Assembly (NCBI GenBank): GCA_013265495.1
Contig: MU058781.1
Coordinates: 7,917,009-7,981,008 of the forward strand
DNA length: 64,000 nucleotides
Source: Vicugna vicugna
Lineage: Eukaryota
Reading direction: 5' to 3'
Below are positions 62,600-64,000 of the stretch, piece by piece. Numbering within the stretch: position 1 is the first letter of the stretch; the number at the start of each line of letters is the position of its first letter. Under the pieces are notes generated by a model. It saw nothing but the letters and a program-made list of their open reading frames with translations. It searched no databases and was not told where the DNA came from. The position numbers and the translations under genes were made by a program.

Positions 62600-63560
62600 T
62601 TCTGGTATTTCTTTTCCTTTCCTGTTAAGATTTATCAATGCCATATATGTGCAGAGTTTATAAATTAAACAGACATGAAAGATTTATGAAGGAAAACAGC
62701 TATCCCTGGCTTGCTCTCTCAGTCCCTCCCCACCTCCAGCCACGCACCCGAGAGACATCATTTTAATTTCTTTGCCTATTTTTTCTGGAGTTTATCTCCA
62801 CGTTCCTCACAGCATACCCCGCTAGTCCTTGATTATCAGTGTCAGGCATCATCCATTGACGTACTCTTACGCTGGATAAGGAGTGAGAGCCTCTTCCCTT
62901 CTCCTCCTCACCCGGTCTCCCATACACAGTCGCAGGACAATTTTATTTAACCCAGCAAAGAGTATTCGCATTATAAGGTCTAGAGAAAGGCTATGAAGTA
63001 CATTCTATGATCTTTCTTCTACACTATCACATTTCATCACACATTTTTAGAATTGCATAGTCTCCTACATTCAATCACTGATTTTTTCCCAAATGTTTCG
63101 ATTGTACACGAATTTCAGTTGTTTTTTTTTTAAGTACATTCTCATATCAGATAATTTCCTCTTGCCTTTTTTTTCCCCCTGAGGATTTGATGTTTACTTG
63201 GCTGCTGTGTTTCCAGTTGGAAGCTTCATTCTGATGTTTGCAGGTCCTCGGCTAGCTGTTCACAGGGTGAGGGCCTAAAGCCAATGGGAAATCCAGGGCA
63301 CAGGGGAGGGTCCAAACCCTTGTCGGTTTCTGTCTAGAGTGAACGGGGGGAAGGTCTACTGACTACCGGTGAACTCCTAAGCTCGTGAAAATTCTCTTCT
63401 CGAGGGTAGGATCCACCAATCTCCTTCATCGGCGTAAAATCCTGGCTCCTGACCCTCTGGGGTGGGGGGGGAAGCAAGCACCCTACACGAATAGAAAGGT
63501 GGGTAGTTCCTACAGCCTGAATCAGGCCAAGGTGGAGAGTCAGGGAAGCGAGGAGAGGAG
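62600..63560 (-). mobile_element. HAL1-like (half-L1) remnant
   Basis: CAGGCATCATCCATTGAC...GGATAAGGAG and GAAGCTTCATTCTGATGTTTGCAGGTCCTCGGCTAGCTGTTCA...GTGAGGGCCTAAAGC resemble recalled antisense HAL1; boundaries approximate. Confidence 0.5.
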
Positions 63561-64000
63561 GGCATAAATACTAGACCAGTTAGTGTCCATCAGGGCTTAG
63601 AAAAGTAATGTGACAGACACATCAATTTCTGTACTTAACTGAAGAGTATTGCTTCTATTAAAAATATATCATACCTTACAAATGTCTTTGTTAAGTCTGG
63701 CATTGCAAAAAAACTTGTGGCTTCTCCAGTGTTTTTGTTGAAGTAATGGGAAATAATGGATTCTGGAGTCTACAGACATGGCATTGAACCCCGGTCTCAG
63801 TACTCCCCAAGTGCAGCTTATAGATAAGTTCCTGCTCTGCAGGAAAACTAATGCCCCGGGAACTGCTGCTAAGCTCCTTCAGAGGGATTTGCAAAAGGAA
63901 GGGGAAAACTTTCCAGATGCTCCAGAGCTTCAGAAAGCAGTAAGGAAATGTACACAATGCCTTGCCAGGGAAACCGGACAGCAGGTAAAAGTCTAAAAGG

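Noticed and set aside
1..64000. CRISPR arrays, operons, rRNA, snRNA, miRNA genes or processed pseudogenes
   Set aside because: Eukaryotic repeat-rich DNA with no regularly spaced repeat-spacer array; I recognised no RNA-gene or retrocopy sequence, though a diverged one could be missed without a search.

Overview
Mammalian non-coding genomic DNA, most likely camelid (alpaca or camel). The evidence is a tRNA-Ala-derived SINE resembling camelid Vic-1 and short cetartiodactyl-type L1 3' ends. I recognise no protein-coding exon: the supplied ORFs are short and fall in repeats, low-complexity tracts or the CpG island. Much of the window is old interspersed repeat: a ~6 kb nested L1 block, other L1 pieces, L2, MIR, hAT-Charlie MERs, HAL1 and one solo ERV LTR with an intact TSD. 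The main unique feature is a CpG island at ~23.5-24.4 kb. Beside it lies a compact motif cluster (forkhead, Sox-Oct composite, octamer) and a GC-rich hairpin. Homopolymer strand bias flips near the island, and candidate non-coding exons lie on both sides, which suggests a divergent promoter for long non-coding or 5'UTR-exon transcripts (inference; I could not identify the locus). Smaller oddities are a tail-less L1-5'-like insert with an 11-bp TSD inside a MER20, an 87-bp local duplication ending in a palindromic junction, and several probable assembly-induced false duplications. Repeat family names come from remembered consensus sequences, not a search. I found no well-supported new biological system.
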